Shown piece after piece: positions 1-9,018 of a stretch of DNA of 46,901 nucleotides; position 1 is the stretch's first letter; each line of letters starts with the position of its first letter. Under the pieces are notes generated by a model that was not told the DNA's origin, ran no database searches, and saw only the letters and a program-made list of their open reading frames with translations. This DNA comes from Verrucomicrobiales bacterium. GTDB lineage: Bacteria > Verrucomicrobiota > Verrucomicrobiia > Verrucomicrobiales > V1-33. The DNA lies in contig JANOAV010000085.1 in the NCBI GenBank assembly GCA_031411295.1, positions 1-46,901 on the forward strand. Direction: 5' to 3'. Both the position numbers and the translations under genes were made by a program.

Positions 1-15
1 CCCAACGAAATGACC

Positions 16-172
16 GCATCCCGGCAGGGATGCCAGAATAGGATCGTGCCAAACCATTTCCTCTCATATTGCTGATCTGGCATCCCTGCCGGGATGCAAT
101 TCTTTTGGTCCTCTAACCGGGGGTATCGCTGTGCTCAACCCCCGGCTAATTTCTGTCAAGCCTCCGGCTTGA
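16..172. repeat. REP/REPIN-like palindromic element, family A (partial; left outer arm lies outside the window)
   Basis: Perfect 22-bp inverted repeat GCATCCCGGCAGGGATGCCAGA (16-37) / TCTGGCATCCCTGCCGGGATGC (76-97), followed by CCGGGGGTATCGCT..GCTCAACCCCCGGCTAA (117-149). The same units recur at 19077-19315. Confidence 0.85.
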
Positions 173-266
173 ATCCGATGTTTGTCCTGCGCCCCAGCCA
201 AAGCGGCTGATAACTTTATGTCCTCCCTCTCGAAAAGGAACGGTCGTGGGGAGCCACTCCCAAAAC

Positions 267-301
267 AAAAAAAGAGCCTTGGACAGATCCAAGGCTCTTT
301 T
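267..301 (-). terminator. Rho-independent terminator of the PEP-CTERM gene
   Basis: Stem AAAAGAGCCTTGGA / TCCAAGGCTCTTTT with a 4-nt loop and a T-run on the minus strand, about 30 nt after the stop at 333. Confidence 0.85.
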
Positions 302-332
302 CGAAATATTTAGCTTAATTGATCAGCAAATC

Positions 333-1037
333 TTACCGACGACGACGCAGGCCAACAGCCGCACCGAGGAGGAAGAGCACGGAGGTCGCTGGCTCTGGGA
401 CTGCAACGGGGGACAACTGAATGGAGCCAGCTTTCCCATAGAAAAACTCCGGTGCAGTATCCACCGAGGTGGTTAGAAGCGAGCGATTCGTCAGAGAAGA
501 GCTAGGCATTGTCCATGCGGTAGAAACCACTGGATCCGCGCTGATTAGAGCAAATTCGGTTCCTGACCGAGTTACGGTGTCTGCTTGGTTTAAAGCTAAA
601 ACGAAAAACCTTGTTCCGACAACCACACCATTCGCACCTTGGTAGGAGTTGGCCAACACAGTTGCGCTAGCCGCAACAGGAGTGACGTTACCCACGTTCC
701 CTGATGTGAAACCAGTGGTTGTGTTGTAAACGACTGTTGATGCATTCCCAATGGTTATTGCTGGCCCTGCTCCAGTGTAGGGGACTCCAAGGGGGATAAA
801 AAGGGAAACTACTTGACTTAAATTACCGCTTTTTAGAGTCTGCATCATTGAAGAATTGGCTGGATCAAACCCGTTGATGTAGCCGATCATGATTGTGGCG
901 GAGGTAAGGGCAGCTCCAGTGCTAGATGTGAACTTTCCAGCTGCAGTTCCTGTGTCAGTTAAAGAAATTGTGCTCGCGGCGCCCATTCCTGTGAGGAGGA
1001 TGAAGCTAAGGCAGGCGTGTGTAAGAGATTTTTTCAT
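333..1037 (-). CDS. PEP-CTERM sorting-domain surface protein
   Basis: N-terminal signal peptide, Ser/Thr/Gly-rich body, C-terminal VPEP-ATSVLFLLGAAVGL-RRRR. Confidence 0.93.
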   Translation of the reverse strand: MKKSLTHACLSFILLTGMGAASTISLTDTGTAAGKFTSSTGAALTSATIMIGYINGFDPANSSMMQTLKSGNLSQVVSLFIPLGVPYTGAGPAITIGNASTVVYNTTTGFTSGNVGNVTPVAASATVLANSYQGANGVVVGTRFFVLALNQADTVTRSGTEFALISADPVVSTAWTMPSSSLTNRSLLTTSVDTAPEFFYGKAGSIQLSPVAVPEPATSVLFLLGAAVGLRRRR

Positions 1038-1080
1038 TGATTTATTATAATTGATTTTTTAAATTTAATCCTTACCGGCA

Positions 1081-2097
1081 TTAAGGGACAACCACACCTG
1101 GTGTTGGTATGCTAGCTGGAGTGCTGCCGATACTAACGATTACGCCACTACCGTTTGGAATAGTTGCGGTTGGAGGAACGGGGTTACCACTCTCATCTAC
1201 CAGCACACCACCTTGGACTGAGTAAAGTTGTAGCACATTAAGATTACCGTCCGTTGACAAGACAGCAACGCTGTCCTCATACTCGGCTAGGGAACCCACA
1301 AAATTGAACGATGAAACTAAACTGGAGTCAGTAGGTGCATTACCAACTAGGGGGTTGATCCGGCACATAATATTGGGAACACCAAGAGGCGCTGTAAACG
1401 CCGATATCCTTGTAGGGGTGGTTTTCACATATGACAGTGACCCTCCGCCTATTGTGACAACCCGGCTGTCACCTGCGGATACGACAACTCCTTGTCCAGG
1501 ATAAACCACCAAATCATTGGAGGGAGCAGATGTGTTAAGGTTCTCCCAATTATTGGTGGCGTTCAACTGCAAAATTGTTTCGACGCCTGTATCGCTAAAA
1601 ATGGAGACTAAATCTTCAAACGGCTGAAGACCCGATCCAGCAGGGAAAATATCTTGTATCGTCGAATGCTTCCTGATCACGTAGGTCGGAGCGGTAGCTC
1701 CGACGACAAAACTTGCTGGAACAAGCACCGTAACGGAATTAGTTCCGTTGGAGATAATGTCCAAAACTGCCCCTGCATGGGAAGGCGTTCCGTCCCCCAG
1801 TATTTCGACGTAGTGAGTCGAACTCGTGGGCACGCCAGTGTTGAACTGGTTTACAGTCCAAGCTGCTGCTGATTGCGGAATCTCGAGCTGAGTGCCGGTT
1901 TTTGTTGGCAGTGCAGTAGCTTGGCCTTGGAAGTTTGATTTATTGACAAAACCAGCAGTGAGCAAATTCCCACCCGCCGAAAGATTTTGTTTATAATATC
2001 CAATCACAGGAGTGCTGGAGGAGGTCTGGGCTCCTGCGGAGGAAAGCAGAGCTGCCGCTACGAGGCCTGTGAGGCATGTTTTCAGGGGAGAGATCAT
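1081..2097 (-). CDS. Secreted TIGR02597-like Verrucomicrobia surface protein
   Basis: Signal peptide followed by a TPVIGYYK motif resembling the family's T-x-P-V-G start. Beta-rich, contains YVIRKHSTI, and lies next to a PEP-CTERM gene. Confidence 0.65.
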   Translation of the reverse strand: MISPLKTCLTGLVAAALLSSAGAQTSSSTPVIGYYKQNLSAGGNLLTAGFVNKSNFQGQATALPTKTGTQLEIPQSAAAWTVNQFNTGVPTSSTHYVEILGDGTPSHAGAVLDIISNGTNSVTVLVPASFVVGATAPTYVIRKHSTIQDIFPAGSGLQPFEDLVSIFSDTGVETILQLNATNNWENLNTSAPSNDLVVYPGQGVVVSAGDSRVVTIGGGSLSYVKTTPTRISAFTAPLGVPNIMCRINPLVGNAPTDSSLVSSFNFVGSLAEYEDSVAVLSTDGNLNVLQLYSVQGGVLVDESGNPVPPTATIPNGSGVIVSIGSTPASIPTPGVVVP

Positions 2098-2203
2098 ACG
2101 CTGTTTGAATTTTGGTTTGAGTTCATCGTCTTTTTACGAAATTTGCGTGGAGAACACAAGAAATATTTTGCATTGATGGAAAATTTTTTAGTAACAGCGA
2201 AAG

Positions 2204-3196
2204 TTACTTCTCCTGGGTCCATTTGGCGAATTTTTGCGGAAGGTTAGCGGCGGCGGCATCACCTTCGTGGAAGAGCCACCGGTAATGGAAGGAGAGCTTC
2301 TCTCCGGCTTTCAGAAGGTGCTTGCCGGTGCCGGGAGCCGCCTTTTCAAAGTCGTGGAGACCGAAGGGATTGGCGGCAAAAAGACCGTAATCACGGGCGT
2401 GCCAGGTGGTGGGGTGACGAAAATTGGAGGTATGATCGAAACAAGTGATGCCCACAGTGTGTCCGGAAATGGGAGCGGAATAATCCACCCAGGCGGCGTG
2501 TTTCCCCCAAGCGGCTTCTCCGGTCTGGCCGGCACTGTTGGTGATGGTGGCGAGTCCCTTTTTATTAGGCAGGTTGAGTTCGGGCCGCACGCGCAGGGCC
2601 ATGGTTCCTTCCTTGGTATCACCAAAGGTTATCTCTCCCTCGGTGGCGGCAAGCACGACTTGGTAGTCGATGATGCGGTCGGTCTGCTCTGCGAGGCAAA
2701 CGATGGTGGTGGTGCTGCTGAGGATTTTTTTGCCATCCGGCCCCTGCCAACTTTCCTGACTAACGATGGTGGTGGCGCCATCTTCGGTGGTAACGGTGGG
2801 CGCGGCTGCGATGATAATTTTCCCAGCCTTGGGACCGACACTCCAGAAGTCGATCCCATTAATATCGCCATGGGCGAACCAGAGGGATTGGTGGTGCGGG
2901 TGGTCCGTTTCCTCGGCAGGGTTACCGGGGATCAAGGGCCAACTGCGGGTCATGGGGAGATCGTGCGGGCCGATGATGGGAAACAAAACGGGCTTGGGCA
3001 GCCCCTGCCAGATGTAGGCGGTGAATTCTTTGCCATTGAGCATTACTGGGATGGACTTGGTGGCCAGGGTGGCAAGCGGGGTCGGGGCGGGGACGGGCTC
3101 TTTCGCGGGCTTGGCTGGCTTGGCCGGGGTTTCCGCCAAGGCCAGTCGGAGGGAGAGCGTGAAGGTGAGAAGGGTGAGAGAAAGGAATGAGCGCAT
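2204..3196 (-). CDS. DUF6807 / 'PmoA-like' (PF14100-type) secreted protein
   Basis: Signal peptide; motifs DHPHHQSLWFAHGDING, GDTKEG, WHARDYGLFAANPFG. Confidence 0.8.
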   Translation of the reverse strand: MRSFLSLTLLTFTLSLRLALAETPAKPAKPAKEPVPAPTPLATLATKSIPVMLNGKEFTAYIWQGLPKPVLFPIIGPHDLPMTRSWPLIPGNPAEETDHPHHQSLWFAHGDINGIDFWSVGPKAGKIIIAAAPTVTTEDGATTIVSQESWQGPDGKKILSSTTTIVCLAEQTDRIIDYQVVLAATEGEITFGDTKEGTMALRVRPELNLPNKKGLATITNSAGQTGEAAWGKHAAWVDYSAPISGHTVGITCFDHTSNFRHPTTWHARDYGLFAANPFGLHDFEKAAPGTGKHLLKAGEKLSFHYRWLFHEGDAAAANLPQKFAKWTQEK

Positions 3197-3381
3197 AAAG
3201 GTGATGTTGGCATCCCCTTTTTATTTTGCAAGAATTCCGGTGCGGGGTTTCTGCGGGAGGGGGCCTGCGGGTTTCGGGACGGGTTCCCTCATGCAGCGGG
3301 CCTCCGACGTCGGCCTCTCCCGGACCGCCCTCAGGCGCTAGCGCTGACGGCAGCCCAAGACCACACTGGAACTGCTTGCGG

Positions 3382-3416
3382 TTGATCTGGCGGGGCGGTT
3401 CGATATAAGTGCGGTC
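3382..3416 (+). promoter_or_regulatory. Possible sigma70 promoter close to the start codon
   Basis: TTGATC-N16-TATAAG, then 7 nt to the ATG at 3417, with no SD sequence. Confidence 0.3.
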
Positions 3417-4391
3417 ATGAGACGATCTTTCCCCGCATTACTGATGACCATGATGCTAACGCAGCCATGGTTCTGCGCCCCGGCCTGGGGCGGGCTGCAT
3501 GCGGAGGTCTGTGGGGAGTTCCAACTGAAGGATGAACGCTTCGTGGGACTGAGTGGGCTGACGTGGGCCGGGGGTAATCAATTCTATGCCGCATCGGATC
3601 GGATCTCCGGGTTCGTTCCAGTCACATTAGTGATTGATCCAGTGAGCGGTAGAATTTCCAGCGGTGAGTGCGGCCCACCAGTGGTGGCGAAGCAGAAGCT
3701 GGAAGACTGCGAGGGAATCGCTTGGAACGCCAAAACCAAGACACTGTGGCTGAGCACCGAGGTCGGCCCGATGATCGGCGGTTGCAAGCTGGAGGGGACG
3801 ACGGCTCGATCCGTGAAGCTACCAGAGATTTTTCAATCCAGTCGGCTGAATCTGGGGCTGGAATCGCTCACGTTCAATGCGGAGGGCGACTGCTACTGGA
3901 CGGCAAACGAAGAAACGCTGAAAGCCGATGGCGAACTCCCTGCCGCAGGCGAGGGAAGTTTGGTGAGGCTGCAAGAATTCGATGCCAGTTGGAAACCCCT
4001 GCGACAGTTTGCCTGGCGGGCCGAGCCTGCGGCCATGAGGATGAAGTCGATTGGCAATGGAGTCTCCGATCTCTGCCTGCTGGACGATGGGCGATTGCTG
4101 GTGCTGGAACGGGGATTTGGGGTGCTAACACTGCAAACCCGTCTTTATTTGGCGGACCTGACCAAGGCAACTCCCACGGCCAAATTCGCCAACCTAAGGG
4201 GTGGTGCGGAGGTGATCCCGGCTGGGAAAACTCTGCTGCTGCATCGCAACACCGGCACGGTAAATTATGAAGGCATCGCGCTGGGACCTGTCTTGGCGGA
4301 TCAAAGCCGCTCGTTGATCCTCGTAGCGGATAGTGGCAGTGGTCACCTCCATTTCTTCCTCGCGCTGCGGGTTCGGGAGGTGGCGGATTGA
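3417..4391 (+). CDS. Esterase-like activity of phytase family protein (beta-propeller)
   Basis: Signal peptide; GLSGL..ASDR, DCEGIA, NLGLESL, LVLER and NYEGIALGP motifs. Confidence 0.8.
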   Translation: MRRSFPALLMTMMLTQPWFCAPAWGGLHAEVCGEFQLKDERFVGLSGLTWAGGNQFYAASDRISGFVPVTLVIDPVSGRISSGECGPPVVAKQKLEDCEGIAWNAKTKTLWLSTEVGPMIGGCKLEGTTARSVKLPEIFQSSRLNLGLESLTFNAEGDCYWTANEETLKADGELPAAGEGSLVRLQEFDASWKPLRQFAWRAEPAAMRMKSIGNGVSDLCLLDDGRLLVLERGFGVLTLQTRLYLADLTKATPTAKFANLRGGAEVIPAGKTLLLHRNTGTVNYEGIALGPVLADQSRSLILVADSGSGHLHFFLALRVREVAD

Positions 4392-4440
4392 TGTCCTCAT
4401 CCGTTTTGCTCCCAATTCCACAAAATCTCGCCTGTTCACC

Positions 4441-5607
4441 ATGCCAATTCCACCATTTACAATTCTCAGATCCAACTGCAGCTATGGCTCCATCGGCACC
4501 GACGGCTGGCTGGGCTACGACACGATTCTAGCAAGTAGTGTGTTGGATCCCGCAGGTAGAGCGGATGCAAGTTATATTTCCGCGCACGCTCCTTCGTTAG
4601 TGGAAATCGAACTTACTGCCAGCGCAAAGATTTCTGGGTTGCTCAATTTAACCGCCAGCCACGATCCTTTGAGGCCGGTTGCCTTCATGGTGAACGAGAA
4701 TCCCCTTGGCTTGGTAGGATCGCCCGGGCAATCGACGGCTGCGCTGACGCTGGCCAAGGGACGCCACGTTTTAAGGACCTGGTGCGAGAATGCGGACTCG
4801 CGTCATTCGGTCTGGCGTTTGGATCCATGCCCGCAGGAAGCCGCTCCAAGGCTGGCACTAACGACCATTGCCTGTTATCCCAGCAAGGAGTCCTGGAAGG
4901 TCCTGTGGCACCTGAGTCAGAGCGCAATCAAGCAGGACCGCTGGCTCCATGTGATGGGAGTGGGCACGGGTTACCACAATCATACGGCGGCAAAGATTGT
5001 GCGCTTTCGGAAATTTGTGGAGCAGATCAAGGCCGAATATATTTTGTTCACCGATGGCAAGGATTCATTTTTAGTGGGAAACGCAGCAGAGATTCTGGCG
5101 GAGTTTGCTCAATTCGGCCACGACTTCGTAACCTCCATGGAACGTGGTTGCTGGCCAGCGCATGACGCGGCTTGGCGCGACGCCTTCCCCTCGAATGCAG
5201 AGGGACGGAATTGGCCTAATAGCGGCGGCTGGATGGGCACCAAAGCCGGGGTGCTGCGGGTGTTGGACGAGTGCTGGGAGTATTCCCAGCAGATCCAGGG
5301 CACGGGCTTGGTGGGAGCATTTGCGCCATGGCAATCAGCCCTCCGGGAGTATGCCTGGGATGATCAAGCGCTGATGCAATTGTGCTTTTTGGCCGGCTCG
5401 ATCAAGGGTGATTACGATTGCCGGATTTTCACCAACGTAGGGACGGCGGATCGGAGATTGGAGGGAAATGAGCACTATGAATTCCGCGCTGGACGCGTGG
5501 TGGTGCGGGCGAGCGGAGCCACCCCCGCCGTGATTCACTTTTCAGGGAGTGCCTGTTGGGATTGCCGTGACCAATGGGCTGCGCGATTGGGCGTGGTGGG
5601 AGCATAA
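4441..5607 (+). CDS. Glycosyltransferase with PLOD/LH3-like GT-A domain and N-terminal beta-sandwich (NPCBM-like) domain
   Basis: ILFTDGKDS, ERGCWP, NSGGWMG, DDQ and PAVIHFSG match the PLOD GT motif series. ATG 4441 chosen because the GTG at 4333 overlaps the upstream gene. Confidence 0.65.
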   Translation: MPIPPFTILRSNCSYGSIGTDGWLGYDTILASSVLDPAGRADASYISAHAPSLVEIELTASAKISGLLNLTASHDPLRPVAFMVNENPLGLVGSPGQSTAALTLAKGRHVLRTWCENADSRHSVWRLDPCPQEAAPRLALTTIACYPSKESWKVLWHLSQSAIKQDRWLHVMGVGTGYHNHTAAKIVRFRKFVEQIKAEYILFTDGKDSFLVGNAAEILAEFAQFGHDFVTSMERGCWPAHDAAWRDAFPSNAEGRNWPNSGGWMGTKAGVLRVLDECWEYSQQIQGTGLVGAFAPWQSALREYAWDDQALMQLCFLAGSIKGDYDCRIFTNVGTADRRLEGNEHYEFRAGRVVVRASGATPAVIHFSGSACWDCRDQWAARLGVVGA

Positions 5608-5710
5608 TTTCTCGCGCTGCTCCGGCGGACCGCATTTACGGAGCCTCCAGGATGTCCCAATGGGGTTACCTTCAGGCGGTTACCTCTGCGAACCCATTTC
5701 CATTTTTCCT

Positions 5711-7210
5711 ATGAGCTACTCCCAGAAATTTATCGAAGAACATTTCTTCAATCCCAAATCCACGGTCTCCACGCGTCGCGAATTCCTCGCCAAGACTGGC
5801 ATGGGGTTTGGGATGTTGAGCCTGGCTTCGTTATTGAAGCCCAGCGAACTCATTGCGGCCACTGGTGCAGGAGCGGACAAAGGGAACTTCAGTGTGCCAG
5901 TGCATTTCCCGGCCAAGGCCAAGCACGTGATCCACATTTTCCTGAGCGGCGGTCCCACCCATGTGGACACGTTCGATCACAAACCGGACTTGGCCAAGTT
6001 CGATGGCAAGACGCTCCCAGGCTCGGATAATGTGGGCTTCGCCAGTCCGTTCAAATTCAATAAGTGCGGGGAAAGCGGACTGGAAATCAGCGAGGTCTTC
6101 CCGGAACTGCAAAAGCGCGCGGATGATCTCTGCATTGTGAAATCCATGTTTACCGACATCCCCGCCCACGAGACGGCCACGGTCTTCATGAACACCGGGA
6201 ATCTGCGACTGCCGCGTCCCAGCATGGGGAGTTGGGTGCTCTACGGACTCGGCAGTGCCAATCAGAATCTGCCTGGCTTCATTTCCCTGCGGGATGGGGG
6301 CGTGCCCAACGGGGGCACCTCGAACTGGGGCAGCGTGTTCCTGCCCGGGAAATATCAGGGCACCAGCGTCAATGCCAGTAGTGATGATCCGCGCAAGGTG
6401 CTGGAGAATCTCAGCAACCAATACCTCAGCCTCAAGGAGCAGCGGCGGCAGTTGGATCTGGTGAAGGAACTCGACGAGATGCACAAAACGAAATTGCACG
6501 ATGACGCGCAACTGGAAGCGGAGTTGGCCAGCTTGGAAATGGCCTTCCGCATGCAGACGGAAGCGGCGGAAGCGTTCGATCTGCGGAAGGAAAGCAGCGC
6601 TGCGCTCCGCCTCTATGGTTTGGATGAAGTGCCCGGCCCTAACGCGATGAAAAACGGGAAAGACGCCAAGGGCGGGAAGAAGAATGCGGGTGCCCAAGCC
6701 AACGCCCGGAAGATGCTCCTGGCGCGTCGCTTGGTGCAACGGGGCGTGCGCTTCGTGCAGGTCTGGTGCGGTGGCTGGGACATGCATTCTGACATTTCCA
6801 AAAACCTTCCCCTGCGTGCCGCCAGCATCGACGAACCCATTGCCGGACTCTTGGCGGACCTGAAAGCCAACGGCCTACTTGATGAAACGCTGGTGGTGGT
6901 AAATGGCGAATTCGGCCGCACGCCGGGGCGGGATCGCAATGGCAAGGGGGACACGGCGGGACGGGACCACCATAACAAGGCGTTCTTCACGCTGCTGGCA
7001 GGCGGCGGGGTCAAGGGTGGCACCTCTTACGGGGCCACTGATGACATTGGCATGGCTTCCGTGGAAAATAAAGTCCATGTGCACGATCTGCACGCCACCA
7101 TCCTGCGGGCGCTGGGTTATGATCACACGAGACTAACCTATCGCTACAACGGCCGTGATTTCCGGCTAACGGATGTGGCCGGGAAAGTGGTGACGGACAT
7201 TTTGTCCTAA
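5711..7210 (+). CDS. DUF1501 family protein with Tat signal
   Basis: TRREFL Tat motif; AKHVIHIFLSGGPTHVDTFDHKP, LARRLVQRGVRFVQ, GEFGRTP, GRDH, GRDFRLTDV. Confidence 0.9.
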   Translation: MSYSQKFIEEHFFNPKSTVSTRREFLAKTGMGFGMLSLASLLKPSELIAATGAGADKGNFSVPVHFPAKAKHVIHIFLSGGPTHVDTFDHKPDLAKFDGKTLPGSDNVGFASPFKFNKCGESGLEISEVFPELQKRADDLCIVKSMFTDIPAHETATVFMNTGNLRLPRPSMGSWVLYGLGSANQNLPGFISLRDGGVPNGGTSNWGSVFLPGKYQGTSVNASSDDPRKVLENLSNQYLSLKEQRRQLDLVKELDEMHKTKLHDDAQLEAELASLEMAFRMQTEAAEAFDLRKESSAALRLYGLDEVPGPNAMKNGKDAKGGKKNAGAQANARKMLLARRLVQRGVRFVQVWCGGWDMHSDISKNLPLRAASIDEPIAGLLADLKANGLLDETLVVVNGEFGRTPGRDRNGKGDTAGRDHHNKAFFTLLAGGGVKGGTSYGATDDIGMASVENKVHVHDLHATILRALGYDHTRLTYRYNGRDFRLTDVAGKVVTDILS

Positions 7211-7334
7211 CCCGCTGGCTCTGCCTTGGCGATCAGAAAGCCCCTGCGGCTTGATTCCTTCGCGTTTCTGCGTCTCAATTTTGTGGTTTTTCTCAGAAGA
7301 CTTGCAAAATTTAGTTTCTAGCGTATGCCAAAGC

Positions 7335-7877
7335 ATGAAACTTTGTCCTCTCCCCCTCATTCTGATTTCCCTTGGCCTCGTTAGTTGCCAAGTGCCGCCC
7401 GCCGTCAAGTTGCCTGACAAACCGGCCAAGACCAAGCAGTTTCCCGCCATGAAGGTCCAGAACCTGAATGGTTCGCTGGCCTCATTCCCCGCGCAGTTTC
7501 CGGGGAAGCGCACGTTGCTGTTCGTGGCGTTCGATGGCAAGCAGCAAGGCATCATTGATGAGTGGGTGCAACACTTCCCACGGCGGGATGCCACCGGCAC
7601 CGAGTGGCTGGAAATGCCCATCATCCCTGATCCTGGATATCTGATGCGGGCCTTCGTTCATCATGGCATGCGCAGCGGCACCCCGGAGCCCATCGTGCGG
7701 AATCGCATCTTCACCATCTACACCTCATCGGAGGCCTTCGTAAAAGCATTGGGCCTGCCGGACATTAAGCAGGTCCATGCCGTGGTCACTGATCGCAGTG
7801 GAAAAATTATGGCCCAGGTGAGCGGGGAGTGGACAGAGGCCAAAGATAAAGTGCTCCGTGAGGCGCTGGCGCAATAA
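7335..7877 (+). CDS. Putative lipoprotein, thioredoxin-like (ATP10-like) fold
   Basis: Lipobox LVSC; FPAQFPGKRTLLFVAF and VVTDRSGKI pattern of redoxin-like folds, but no CxxC. Confidence 0.55.
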   Translation: MKLCPLPLILISLGLVSCQVPPAVKLPDKPAKTKQFPAMKVQNLNGSLASFPAQFPGKRTLLFVAFDGKQQGIIDEWVQHFPRRDATGTEWLEMPIIPDPGYLMRAFVHHGMRSGTPEPIVRNRIFTIYTSSEAFVKALGLPDIKQVHAVVTDRSGKIMAQVSGEWTEAKDKVLREALAQ

Positions 7878-7982
7878 CGAACTCCCAAGGATGATGCCGC
7901 AACGCAGCCAGTAGAGGTCGCAGCGCCTCGCAAGTGGGCCTCATCGCTGATCCTTCGTGTTAATGCGAGTAGAGGTATGATG

Positions 7983-8567
7983 CTAGTGATGATGATTACA
8001 ACCGGGTCCATGCACATGGTCGTGGTCGTCCACTATCTCAAAGTCAGGATCAACATCCTCGGCAGTGAGTTCGCGCAGGATGTCGAAATTTCCCTCGCCA
8101 CACTTGGCTGTTAGGAGGCGTTCGATTTGATTGATCCGCGCAGGGGAATCACCAGGGCCTTGAACATAGTATGGTTTCCCGTTGTTGCCAAAGCTAAACT
8201 CTTCTTTGCAATCGCTGGCCACGATTCCTCCGAAAACTCGGCAGGCTTTTTTATAATCCGCGTGTGGTCCCAGCCCCAGTTTCCCGGCGTAGGCGACGCA
8301 ATCCTCAATCAGTTTGCGCGCATAGGCAGGAGTTACGCTTTCTTTTCCACTCCGCAGAATGCGATCCAAAGCCCCGTCGAATTCACTTCCAGCATATTTG
8401 TGATAGAAGGCATCTTTGACGCCCAGACAAAATATATCGACCAGGAAAACTCCGGTCTCCACCTCCCCGGATGCCTTGTAGCGCGCGATAACAATATATC
8501 CGATGCCGAGGGTGAAAAGATCACTGCTCCTCCAGGCCTCCGTAGCTTTTTTCTGAGTTAAATTCAT
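7983..8567 (-). CDS. Conserved hypothetical protein with His/Cys-rich C-terminal tail
   Basis: 194-aa ORF with GVFLVDIFCLGVKDAF and GKPYYVQGP; ends in DHDHVHGPGCNHHH. Confidence 0.75.
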   Translation of the reverse strand: MNLTQKKATEAWRSSDLFTLGIGYIVIARYKASGEVETGVFLVDIFCLGVKDAFYHKYAGSEFDGALDRILRSGKESVTPAYARKLIEDCVAYAGKLGLGPHADYKKACRVFGGIVASDCKEEFSFGNNGKPYYVQGPGDSPARINQIERLLTAKCGEGNFDILRELTAEDVDPDFEIVDDHDHVHGPGCNHHH

Positions 8568-8745
8568 ATTTATTCAAATACCTCGACAACTGCTACCACG
8601 CAACTGCTCTGTGCGATTCCCTTGTGTGGGTAACGGTCTGATGGATTTCGAAAGATCCTGACGAGCAGTCTTAGTATGGATACTACAGCGAACGTAAAAT
8701 GGTTGCGGTAAGCACTGCGGGTCCGCGGCGGCGGCTCCCTCGCTG

Positions 8746-8985
8746 ATGCTGGCTTCGATATCCGATGCCGCTGGTTTTAGCCCGGGGAATTTCGCCCAAA
8801 TCAGTCTGATTGCCGTTCCCGAACCAGCCACTGGATTGATCCTGCTGGCACTTGGTAGTGTGTTCCTCGTTCAGCGGAAAAAGCGAGCCATTGACCCGAA
8901 AGCGGCCTTTGAAATGTGGCGGGGGCATTCTGCCCCCAAGCCCCGGATCATGCTGTGGATGGTTGGCTGCGGGGCGCATGGCTAG
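8746..8985 (+). pseudogene. Truncated PEP-CTERM gene remnant
   Basis: Encodes VPEPATGLILLALGSVFLVQRKKR but has no signal peptide or body (in-frame TAA at 8695-8697). The frame runs on into a REP element. Confidence 0.6.
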
Positions 8986-9011
8986 GGGGTAGGATGCCCC
9001 CGCCACATTTC
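8911..9011. repeat. GTGG-tagged REP doublet, family B
   Basis: Inverted arms GAAATGTGGCGGGGGCATTCTGCCCCCAAGCC (8911-8942) / GGCTAGGGGGTAGGATGCCCCCGCCACATTTC (8980-9011). Further copies at 43860-43926 and 46769-46901. Confidence 0.9.
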
Positions 9012-9018
9012 GTTGTGA

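Noticed and set aside
2234..3190. Long antisense ORFs (also 5831-6787, 12910-14217, 22088-22846, 36224-37291 and others)
   Set aside because: They mirror well-supported genes on the opposite strand and carry no recognisable motifs, as expected from GC-rich codon bias.
2204..3196. Methane monooxygenase (pmoA)
   Set aside because: The family label is misleading. This is a soluble secreted protein with no pmoCAB context.
3240..3345. GC-rich intergenic stretch with a weak hairpin (GGGAGGGGGCC / GGCCTCTCCC) as an ncRNA or riboswitch
   Set aside because: Pairing is short and imperfect, no known riboswitch motif was recognised, and there is no second copy.
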